41,839 bases of DNA from positions 1-41,839 of IMG/VR virus record IMGVR_UViG_3300044962_000005; one strand, 5' to 3'. Positions 8,276 through 14,781 of this stretch are shown piece by piece. Both the position numbers and the translations under genes were made by a program. Each line of letters begins with the position of its first letter. The stretch's first letter is position 1. A model generated the notes under the pieces. It ran no database searches and was not told the DNA's origin. It saw only the letters and a program-made list of their open reading frames with translations. Source of the stretch: a virus.

Positions 8276-9298
8276 TCAGTCCGGCAATGCGGTAGCTGGA
8301 TTGGTGGATGGATTCACAGGCTTTTCATTGCGCGCAAAAGACTTATCGTCGTTCTCTGTCGTCTCTCGCACGTCGTGGGGGGCGGCAGGGGCGCGCAGTC
8401 GATCAATTTCTGCGGCGATGAGCGCGCCAGCTTTCACGAGGTTCCGCCTCGGATCGTCGCTTGGCTTCCACCACTCCCAATCCCACGGCCACCCAGACGG
8501 CGCCGCGATGTGCTCTGCACGACTCTGCACCGTTCCGTCGGCTTGTCGCCTCGCCAGCGCGGCATAGCAACAAGCCGCCGCGACCATCTCGGCCTCGCGG
8601 TGAGTCTTATCGTGCGCCGCCGTCCAGCCTTCCGCGGTCTGTTGCCGCCGACGTTCCGCGGCAATCAGCGTGATGCCCTCCTCCTGGGCGGGGACCGCCG
8701 CGAGGGTCGAAGTCGTGTCAAAAGAAGCATTTGGCGCGCGTAGACCGCCTTCCCCTATCCCATCGACAGGATCTACCGCGGAGTCCGCGCCGGTGACCGC
8801 TCCCAACAACGCACGACGGACGTAACCGACGACATCAGCCGGACACGACACATGGCCATCAATGCCGCAGAGTCCGAAGATTTCCTGTAAGGCTTCATCC
8901 TGTGCACGCCATGCCGCTAAGAGGGCCTCCGCGTGTCGGCAGTTCAGGCTACAGCGTGGATCGCCCTGAAACTCCGCGACGAACGCGAGCGCACGCGCCA
9001 GATCCTCGACCGCTTGCACGCCGGGCGGCTGAGAGTTGTCTGGTTGTGGTTTACGCGGTAGATCCTGTCCGTCAGAGATGGCAGATCGGTCTACGCGCGA
9101 CAGATCGTCTTTATTTTCTTGAGGTTGGGGGGCGGGGACCGCAGGGGCGGCGATGTCTTTCACGGCGTCTAAGAGTGCGTTGAGTTCCGCGCCGCAGCGT
9201 CCGGAATGCTCAATGATCACGTCGCCATACGCTCGACGCTGAGCCTCACGATACGCAATGAACGCTAATCGCAGGCGACGAATCTCGTCCGGCTTCAC
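8276..9298 (-). CDS. Composite 340-aa ORF: three small-gene-sized segments joined in frame by repeat copies
   Basis: GTG 9298 overlaps the upstream stop as GTGA; an alternative GTG lies at 9346. Copies 9054-9099 and 8735-8780 are internal, and copy 8285-8345 encodes the C-terminus. The third segment carries EGWTAAHD...WPWDWEWWKP...RNLVKAGALIAAEIDRL. Confidence 0.65.
   Translation of the reverse strand: MKPDEIRRLRLAFIAYREAQRRAYGDVIIEHSGRCGAELNALLDAVKDIAAPAVPAPQPQENKDDLSRVDRSAISDGQDLPRKPQPDNSQPPGVQAVEDLARALAFVAEFQGDPRCSLNCRHAEALLAAWRAQDEALQEIFGLCGIDGHVSCPADVVGYVRRALLGAVTGADSAVDPVDGIGEGGLRAPNASFDTTSTLAAVPAQEEGITLIAAERRRQQTAEGWTAAHDKTHREAEMVAAACCYAALARRQADGTVQSRAEHIAAPSGWPWDWEWWKPSDDPRRNLVKAGALIAAEIDRLRAPAAPHDVRETTENDDKSFARNEKPVNPSTNPATALPD
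8285..8345 (+). repeat. Repeat element, family B, copy h
   Basis: CAATGCGGTAGCTGG...CAGGCTTTTCATTGCGCGCAAAAGACTT. By eye about three quarters identical to 11562-11620. Confidence 0.8.
8735..8780 (-). repeat. Palindromic repeat element, family A, copy a (reverse orientation)
   Basis: Reverse complement reads CGCGGTAGATCCTGTCGATGGGATAGGGGAAGGCGGTCTACGCGCG. Confidence 0.9.
9054..9099 (+). repeat. Palindromic repeat element, family A, copy b
   Basis: CGCGGTAGATCCTGTCCGTCAGAGATGGCAGATCGGTCTACGCGCG. Confidence 0.9.
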
Positions 9299-9459
9299 GT
9301 CCACAGCAGATCCTCCTCCGACAACTCCACCAGACGACGACGCCACCGATCCACCGCAGGCACCGGTAACGTCACCTTGCTCGACCGCTCAAACTTGATC
9401 GCGACGTCCATTTCGACCGCAAGTTGTTTGAGCGCCGTCCGTAATTCTTCTTTGGTCAT
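9295..9459 (-). CDS. Small hypothetical protein (54 aa), below the ORF-track size cutoff
   Basis: My own translation: MTKEELRTALKQLAVEMDVAIKFERSSKVTLPVPAVDRWRRRLVELSEEDLLWT. The ATG at 9459 abuts repeat copy c, and the stop overlaps the next GTG. Confidence 0.6.
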   Translation of the reverse strand: MTKEELRTALKQLAVEMDVAIKFERSSKVTLPVPAVDRWRRRLVELSEEDLLWT

Positions 9460-9507
9460 CGCGCGTAATCGCTCAAGTGGTCGCTCCCCTCGATTGGATC
9501 TACCGCG
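9460..9507 (-). repeat. Palindromic repeat element, family A, copy c (reverse orientation, intergenic)
   Basis: Reverse complement reads CGCGGTAGATCCAATCGAGGGGAGCGACCACTTGAGCGATTACGCGCG. Confidence 0.85.
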
Positions 9508-9538
9508 GAGTCCTCAACGAGAACGCTCCCGGCGTCCG

Positions 9539-9856
9539 TCACGAGCCGACCTGCTCGCCGTCCAACCAACGAAATTCGATGAGCGGAAAGTGCGCGTTGC
9601 ATCGGACACAAAACGTCGCGCCGTAGAACGACGGATCCCGCGCATACGTCTCCGACAGCGCCCGTCCCATCGTCGTCGTGGTGCCGCACGGTAGATGGGT
9701 GTACACGTCACGATAGGGTCGGATAAAGCCTTTCGCGCGTTCATCTGGGCAGAGCACGATGTAGCCGTCGTGTTGGCCCGTGGCGTTCGTCTGGCTCGCA
9801 CGCACTTCATCGACGGCCTTGCCGTTCGTCGTGCAGAGTTTCTGAGAATCGGTCAT
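9539..9856 (-). CDS. Hypothetical Cys-containing protein (105 aa)
   Basis: ATG 9856 is preceded by AAGGA at 8 nt spacing. An alternative TTG at 9862 overlaps the upstream stop. Confidence 0.65.
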   Translation of the reverse strand: MTDSQKLCTTNGKAVDEVRASQTNATGQHDGYIVLCPDERAKGFIRPYRDVYTHLPCGTTTTMGRALSETYARDPSFYGATFCVRCNAHFPLIEFRWLDGEQVGS

Positions 9857-9858
9857 GT

Positions 9859-10086
9859 TCAATGTCCTTCTGGCCCGACTTTCACGAAGACCGTATCTTT
9901 GACAGGCCCCGCACCGCGCTCAATCACGCGAATACGAAACCGCGCGTGCAACTGCTTGAGGTAGCGATCAGCCTTGGCGTCGTCTTCTACGACGAAGGCC
10001 ACGAGCGCGCCGCCGCTGGCCGCGTGCCCGATCGCGTCGATGCGCTCCTTCTCCGGCAACTCGAAGAGATCGGCGTAAATCGCCAT
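9859..10086 (-). CDS. Hypothetical protein (75 aa)
   Basis: ATG preceded by GGGAGA. Confidence 0.65.
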   Translation of the reverse strand: MAIYADLFELPEKERIDAIGHAASGGALVAFVVEDDAKADRYLKQLHARFRIRVIERGAGPVKDTVFVKVGPEGH

Positions 10087-10113
10087 GGTGACTTATCTCC
10101 CTCGGAGGTGTCT

Positions 10114-10158
10114 CGCGGTAGATCCTGTCGATGAAATAGTCGCAGAGGTCTACGCGCG
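10114..10158 (+). repeat. Palindromic repeat element, family A, copy d (intergenic)
   Basis: CGCGGTAGATCCTGTCGATGAAATAGTCGCAGAGGTCTACGCGCG. Confidence 0.9.
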
Positions 10159-10271
10159 CATAAGTCTGACGTTCTTCATCGTTCGTCGTCACGCCTCCTA
10201 CTGATCCCGTCGCGCGGGAGTCATCCCCCTAGAGTTCCAGAACGACGACGACGTGTTGGCGCGCGTGGCCA

Positions 10272-10457
10272 CTAGGGGTTCTCCTCAGGCCCTCGTACCG
10301 CAGCCTCCGACTGAGCTGATGCGGTACGTCCCTGAATCGCGCCAATGAACCACCCCCCAACTTGCACGCCAACGATGCGCGTCCAAATAAAACGGCGGTC
10401 GGCGACCAAATGCACCGTCACCGGTAAGGCCGAGAACCTAAAGTTGTAGACCGTCAC
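10272..10457 (-). CDS. Small hypothetical protein (61 aa, possible TM segment)
   Basis: GTG 10457 is preceded by AGGAG at 7 nt. Sequence includes IVGVQVGGWFIGAI. The start is uncertain. Confidence 0.4.
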   Translation of the reverse strand: MTVYNFRFSALPVTVHLVADRRFIWTRIVGVQVGGWFIGAIQGRTASAQSEAAVRGPEENP

Positions 10458-10491
10458 CGCACCGCTCCTATCGCCCGTAGCGCCGACGTAA

Positions 10492-10791
10492 TCAAAAGGC
10501 CGTCTCCTGACGTGGCCGCAATCCCGCCGGCAGTTCCAGCCCGACGGCAATCAACGCCTCGTCCAATGTCCGAACGATCACTGCATGGCCTCGCCAGAGC
10601 GCCAGGAACGCCTCCTGTGACGGGCGGACCTTCCCCTTGGCCGTCTTCACCTCCAACAGATACGTGCGCCCCTGACGCCCCACAATCAAATCTAAGGGGC
10701 CTCCCGAATAGACCGAGCACCCGCGCGCTTTCAGGCCATCCCGGATCGTCCGGTGATTCGAGTCGAGCTGATGAACGACGTACTTCCCCAT
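10492..10791 (-). CDS. VRR-NUC-like PD-(D/E)xK nuclease
   Basis: 99 aa with GGPLDLIVGRQGRTYLLEVKTAKGKVRPSQ, which fits the D...ExK pattern and the VRR-NUC size. Confidence 0.7.
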   Translation of the reverse strand: MGKYVVHQLDSNHRTIRDGLKARGCSVYSGGPLDLIVGRQGRTYLLEVKTAKGKVRPSQEAFLALWRGHAVIVRTLDEALIAVGLELPAGLRPRQETAF

Positions 10792-10845
10792 CTACATCCT
10801 GACGGGCTGGGCGGCCATCCTCATGACAGAATCCGATCGAAAAGA

Positions 10846-11124
10846 TCATTCATCGCGCGTCGCACCTTCCTGCCTCTCCGTTGCGACGATTGGATCTACC
10901 GCGTCAGAAGCCGGTGACTCATCCACCTCCTGCAACGCACGGCACAAACGACAACGGAACGGCCCGACCAACTTTGCCTCGCCGTTAACGAACGCAATCC
11001 ACACCTGCTCCCACTCATGCGGGCATTTGCCATGCGTACAGTCAGGACAGCACACGCGGCCTTGTCGTTTCCAGTCGTCACAGGAGCTTTTTACGGCCCC
11101 GCATCCGCCGCATGTTTCTTTCAA
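10846..11124 (-). CDS. Cys-rich small protein (92 aa); its C-terminal ~20 codons come from a repeat copy
   Basis: CGGCG...CCPDC...CPHEW...CRLC. TTG start overlaps the upstream stop as TTGA. The tail SDAVDPIVATERQEGATRDE is encoded by repeat copy e. Confidence 0.6.
   Translation of the reverse strand: MKETCGGCGAVKSSCDDWKRQGRVCCPDCTHGKCPHEWEQVWIAFVNGEAKLVGPFRCRLCRALQEVDESPASDAVDPIVATERQEGATRDE
10854..10903 (-). repeat. Palindromic repeat element, family A, copy e (reverse orientation)
   Basis: Reverse complement reads CGCGGTAGATCCAATCGTCGCAACGGAGAGGCAGGAAGGTGCGACGCGCG. Confidence 0.8.
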
Positions 11125-11342
11125 CGCAGAACCTCACTCGTTACTTCAATCGGATGATCGCCATACCAGCCCGCGCAGTCTTCGCAGATGTAGACCTGAT
11201 CGAAGCAGAGACTATCGAGCATCCGCACCTCGCGCGGATCCGTATCGGGCGGAAGATCGCGCATCCGTTTCAGCACCATGAAGACCCGGCCGTTCGGCGT
11301 GAACTCGTCAAGGCAATCCTCGCAACGAGACGTACTGATCAT
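11121..11342 (-). CDS. Small Cys-rich protein (73 aa, CEDC...CEDC)
   Basis: Start taken at ATG 11342 (MISTSRCEDC...). The longer ORF N-terminus overlaps the upstream gene. Confidence 0.55.
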   Translation of the reverse strand: MISTSRCEDCLDEFTPNGRVFMVLKRMRDLPPDTDPREVRMLDSLCFDQVYICEDCAGWYGDHPIEVTSEVLR

Positions 11343-11535
11343 CAGCGTCGACCTCGCGAATGTCTCCCGGCGACACGTAGCACCCATCGGTGCCGTGCTG
11401 GCAGTGCTCCAACTTCACCAGCGCCATGTGATTGCCGAGCACGTTGATCGTCTCGCCGGTGAATCGCCCGTACTCGCCACGATGCGGATGATCCTTGCCG
11501 ACAATCTTGACGCGCGGCGGTGTCGTCGTTTTCAA
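11308..11535 (-). CDS. Hypothetical protein (75 aa)
   Basis: TTG start with GGAGG 4 nt upstream. Confidence 0.55.
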   Translation of the reverse strand: MKTTTPPRVKIVGKDHPHRGEYGRFTGETINVLGNHMALVKLEHCQHGTDGCYVSPGDIREVDADDQYVSLRGLP

Positions 11536-11561
11536 CGGACCTCCGAATGACTCCGAACCGT

Positions 11562-11620
11562 CAATGCGGTAGCTGGGACGGTGTGATGACTCTCAGGCTC
11601 TGCATTGCGCGCAAAGTCTT
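11562..11620 (+). repeat. Repeat element, family B, copy g
   Basis: CAATGCGGTAGCTGG...CAGGCTCTGCATTGCGCGCAAAGTCTT; partner of 8285-8345. Confidence 0.8.
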
Positions 11621-11695
11621 CTGTCTCTTGAATTTTCGTCGTTCATGCCGCGTCATCCTCGCCTGGCGCACGACCGAATAGCTGAGAAGGCGCAG

Positions 11696-11823
11696 GCGTT
11701 GCAGAGTGCAACGGTGTTTTCTCTGTTTCTCGGACGGTTGCAGCAACCTCTCTCCTAAAGGAGAGAGAGAGGTTTTGCGCTGCGACCGTTGCAAATTGCG
11801 CTTTTGCCGTTGCAGGTTGCAAC
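11696..11823. promoter_or_regulatory. Iteron cluster plus GA/CT hairpin: candidate replication origin or regulatory array
   Basis: (C)CGTTGCA occurs at 11696, 11734, 11786 and 11807, and inverted at 11707. The palindrome GTTGCAAC lies at 11816. A hairpin CCTCTCTCC-TAAA-GGAGAGAGG spans 11747-11772. No convincing ORF. The array lies directly downstream of the replication ATPase gene. Confidence 0.5.
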
Positions 11824-11827
11824 GCGC

Positions 11828-13075
11828 TCATGACTGATCCGCTAGCCCGATGCGCCCATCGGCCAATCGGAGAAACGTCCCACTCTTCCGCTTCACTTCC
11901 GTGCGGATGGTCGAGGCGGTGGTCTTGAGCATCTCGGCGAGTTCGTCAGTGGGCATGGCCCCATGTTTCAGGAGGTAGTGCATCCGCTGAGCAACTGGGA
12001 GTTTCGCCGCCAGCTCGTCGTGCGCCACAATCTCGGTCGGGCGTATCTGGGTTGCCGTGCCAAGGAATTCCATCCGCTCTCCGAAGGGCCGCCGCAGCCG
12101 CCCGACATTGGATTTGCGGTGATAGAACCCCACTGTTAGACCGTCTCCCCCTTCTTCCGCGTCGGTGCGTTTGAGATACCAGGTGCTCCGGGCGCCATTG
12201 GCCCAGAACACACTCCCGAAGGGCTTTTGATCGCCTTGTTCGGCTTTACTGATGTGGGCGAGATGCAGACTCCCCATCTGGCCGAGTTCCCGCAAGGCCC
12301 GAAAATAACCGGTGGCCGCTTCGGCGGATTCGGGTGCCCCTTCCGCCGCGAACCCGAGCGAGTCGCAGATGAGGAACGTGATCCGCCGGTGGGCGACGAT
12401 TTCTTTGAGCCGCCCGACATCCCGGACAAAGGGCCGATCGCACCGTCGATAGAACAACTGCTCGAGATGTGGAACCGGTCCTGCGAGCCGATGCAGCCGC
12501 CGCCGATGGTCATCCCCGGCAAATTCCCAATCGCAGTAGAGAACGCGTTCTCCCCGCTGCGCAAGGTCCACCGCGGCTGACAACGCGAGATAGGACTTCC
12601 CGCAGCCACCGTCTCCGAACCAGATCGTCGGATGACGCCGGAGAACGGGCAGACCGCCCGCGTCCATCTCGGACTCAAGCTCGTCATCAATCGGCACCTG
12701 CTCGAGCGGCCGTTCCGGGTCGCCCTGGTCTTCCGCCGAGAGCACCTGTAGGCACAGCTCCTCCAGGAGCCCCACCCAGTCGATGTCCTCGGCGCGTGTC
12801 CGTTCCCGCAGAAACTTCGCCCGTTCCGATCGGGACCGTTGCCCGGAACAGTTGAAGTCGGCACTGGAGACGATGTTGTCGGCGACGGTCTGGGCGCCGC
12901 GGAACGTCACCCGCACCGTCAGGAGGCCGATCGTTTCCTGATGCTCCCGCCGGATCCGCGTCACATCGAAGCGGATCCCGCTCTGCGGCAGCGACAAGCG
13001 ATACCCGATCCCGGGCACCGCGTGCCAATCGTGTGGACCCGATGGCATCGTGCCACCGGGCGTCGGTCCCGCCAT
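11828..13075 (-). CDS. RepA/AAA_25-like RecA-superfamily replication ATPase (helicase-type) with a C-terminal wHTH-like tail
   Basis: Walker A GDGGCGKS, Walker B-like ITFLICDSLG, and LAHISKAEQ. 415 aa. Confidence 0.8.
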   Translation of the reverse strand: MAGPTPGGTMPSGPHDWHAVPGIGYRLSLPQSGIRFDVTRIRREHQETIGLLTVRVTFRGAQTVADNIVSSADFNCSGQRSRSERAKFLRERTRAEDIDWVGLLEELCLQVLSAEDQGDPERPLEQVPIDDELESEMDAGGLPVLRRHPTIWFGDGGCGKSYLALSAAVDLAQRGERVLYCDWEFAGDDHRRRLHRLAGPVPHLEQLFYRRCDRPFVRDVGRLKEIVAHRRITFLICDSLGFAAEGAPESAEAATGYFRALRELGQMGSLHLAHISKAEQGDQKPFGSVFWANGARSTWYLKRTDAEEGGDGLTVGFYHRKSNVGRLRRPFGERMEFLGTATQIRPTEIVAHDELAAKLPVAQRMHYLLKHGAMPTDELAEMLKTTASTIRTEVKRKSGTFLRLADGRIGLADQS

Positions 13076-13081
13076 CCACGG

Positions 13082-13390
13082 TCACCGTCCTTGTCCCGGG
13101 TCGCACTTCATCAGGGCGCGGATCTGTTGCGCCTGATCGGCTAACCTCGCGTTTTGTTGCTGGACCAACGCGGTCAGGACCGAGACGCGGTCAAGAGCTC
13201 GATGCACCAGCTCACGCGTGGTCGTGAGGTCCGCTTGCACGGACGACAGATGCGCCTCTTGCTCGACGTAATCGGCGTACAACAGCCCGAGCAGATCCGG
13301 CGTGGATGGCTCGAGCGTTGAGGATCGAACAGTCAGCTGGACCGGCGGCAGGCCCCACAGAATATCGTCGGAATAGAAGTCGTCCGCCAT
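13082..13390 (-). CDS. Hypothetical coiled-coil protein (102 aa)
   Basis: ATG-initiated ORF in the operon. Confidence 0.65.
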   Translation of the reverse strand: MADDFYSDDILWGLPPVQLTVRSSTLEPSTPDLLGLLYADYVEQEAHLSSVQADLTTTRELVHRALDRVSVLTALVQQQNARLADQAQQIRALMKCDPGQGR

Positions 13391-13503
13391 CAGTCAATCC
13401 GTCGATCGCGCCACGCGTCACTGATCCAGCGATCCGAGACGCGGTTGATCGGCACGTGCCAGTCGTGCCACCAGCGACTCAACGCCAGCAGCCAGCGGGT
13501 CAC
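13390..13503 (-). CDS. Tiny Trp-rich ORF (37 aa)
   Basis: My own translation: (M)TRWLLALSRWWHDWHVPINRVSDRWISDAWRDRRID. GTGA overlap upstream and TGATG overlap downstream. Confidence 0.35.
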   Translation of the reverse strand: MTRWLLALSRWWHDWHVPINRVSDRWISDAWRDRRID

Positions 13504-13673
13504 GAGGCTTTCTCGTCCACTTTCTTCACCGCTCGCGGTTTGGCACGTTTGACCGTCCGCTGTTCTCGCAGTCGGTCAATGATGTCCTTCGTGCTCTCCA
13601 CCGCGCGTTGGTGCATTTCCAGTTCAAGCTCGTACTGTCGAATGACCTTGTCGAGCGCGCTCTGCTTCGCCAT
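13500..13673 (-). CDS. Small coiled-coil protein (57 aa), below the ORF-track cutoff
   Basis: My own translation: MAKQSALDKVIRQYELELEMHQRAVESTKDIIDRLREQRTVKRAKPRAVKKVDEKAS. TAATG overlap with the upstream gene. Confidence 0.55.
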   Translation of the reverse strand: MAKQSALDKVIRQYELELEMHQRAVESTKDIIDRLREQRTVKRAKPRAVKKVDEKAS

Positions 13674-14134
13674 TACGCCGCCTCTTTAAATTTCAACAGA
13701 AGATCCCCATTGAGATACGGCTTCCCGTTCACCGTGAACATTTGCGCCGCCGTCCCCACGACGTGGAGACGAACCCCACGCCCATGTAACCGTTGATGAT
13801 CCCGAAGACACACCCAAATCCCGTTCCGCACATCGACCCTGACCGCCTTGTCGGCGCGCCCTTTGAGGTGGTGGGCTTCGCCGCGCTTTGGGACACGGTC
13901 GAGGGTGGTGAGGGTGCGGACGCCGCAGACCCGACAACAGCCCTGGTCGCGAGCCTTGACGTCTTTGGCCCACTGGAGGAGGTGCTTCGCGTCGTCTTTC
14001 CCATCGGCGACTTTCTGATCGAGTCGGGTCTGCGTCGACTTCCAATTCGGCCGCGACGCACGGTCTGCTTGAACTTCGGCGAGCGTGGGCAACTGTCTCA
14101 GTGCAGTCATAAAGGCAAAGTGTGTATCTGGCAA
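13673..14134 (-). CDS. HNH-domain nuclease
   Basis: CCRVCG...GEAHHLKGR...NGIWVCLRDHQRLH fits the HNH fold pattern. Confidence 0.7.
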   Translation of the reverse strand: MPDTHFAFMTALRQLPTLAEVQADRASRPNWKSTQTRLDQKVADGKDDAKHLLQWAKDVKARDQGCCRVCGVRTLTTLDRVPKRGEAHHLKGRADKAVRVDVRNGIWVCLRDHQRLHGRGVRLHVVGTAAQMFTVNGKPYLNGDLLLKFKEAA

Positions 14135-14151
14135 CCGCCCGCTTCAGACTT

Positions 14152-14781
14152 TCAGGCGGCGGCCTGTTGGCGCGACCGGAGATACCCGTCCAGGCCCTTC
14201 GCCGTCACGTACTCGACAAACCGCCCAAGCAACCGACCACAGTCCTCGTGCAATGCGGCGTACGGATACAGATCAAAGCTGTGAATCGCTTTCACCTCGA
14301 CCACGCTGTTGCCGTGGTCGTCGAGCTCGAAGACGTGATAGGTAATCCGCGACGGCTCGAAAATATCCGTCATGAACCGCCACTGGCAGGAATCGGCGTA
14401 CTTGTCGAAATCGAAGGTCGAACTCGTGGTTTTGAACTCGCTCAGATGCGCGCCGAGTAAATGATCAGCTTTAGCCACCACGTCATGCGGGCCGTAGGCT
14501 TTCGTAGCCTTGGCTTCAAAGACGCCGCGCCGATCGATGAGGGCGAGCGCCGGCGCCATCGTCGCGTCGGAAAAGGCATAGTCGTGGTGGTGAAAGCCCC
14601 CGGGCACTTCGTAGCTGTCGGGATCCTCGAGCACCTCGCCGAACGCCTTCCCGAGCAGGACCGCTGGCGTCGGCACGAACTTGCCGCAGATGGTGTCGAT
14701 CAAGGACTGCTCGGTCATCCACTCCTGATCGGGCTGCATGAACAGGCGGAACGATTCGAGCGTCGTCGTGCTGATTCTCAC
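14152..14781 (-). CDS. PD-(D/E)xK (RecB/Cas4-like) exonuclease
   Basis: VVAKADHLLGAHLSEFKTT gives D...ExK, followed by a QWRFM (QxxxY-like) motif. GTG 14781 overlaps the upstream stop as GTGA. Confidence 0.7.
   Translation of the reverse strand: MRISTTTLESFRLFMQPDQEWMTEQSLIDTICGKFVPTPAVLLGKAFGEVLEDPDSYEVPGGFHHHDYAFSDATMAPALALIDRRGVFEAKATKAYGPHDVVAKADHLLGAHLSEFKTTSSTFDFDKYADSCQWRFMTDIFEPSRITYHVFELDDHGNSVVEVKAIHSFDLYPYAALHEDCGRLLGRFVEYVTAKGLDGYLRSRQQAAA

Noticed and set aside
9968-10192. 74-aa ORF starting at GTG 10192 and reading through repeat copy d.
   Set aside because: AGGAGG lies only 1 nt from the GTG. The second half is an Arg-rich out-of-frame overlap of the 9859-10086 gene. A short peptide ending earlier cannot be excluded.
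11561-11794. 77-aa minus-strand ORF in the gap downstream of the replication ATPase gene.
   Set aside because: It has K/R-rich low-complexity sequence. It runs through the iteron/hairpin region and family-B repeat copy g, in a different frame from the translated copy h, and has no start context. The region is treated as non-coding.
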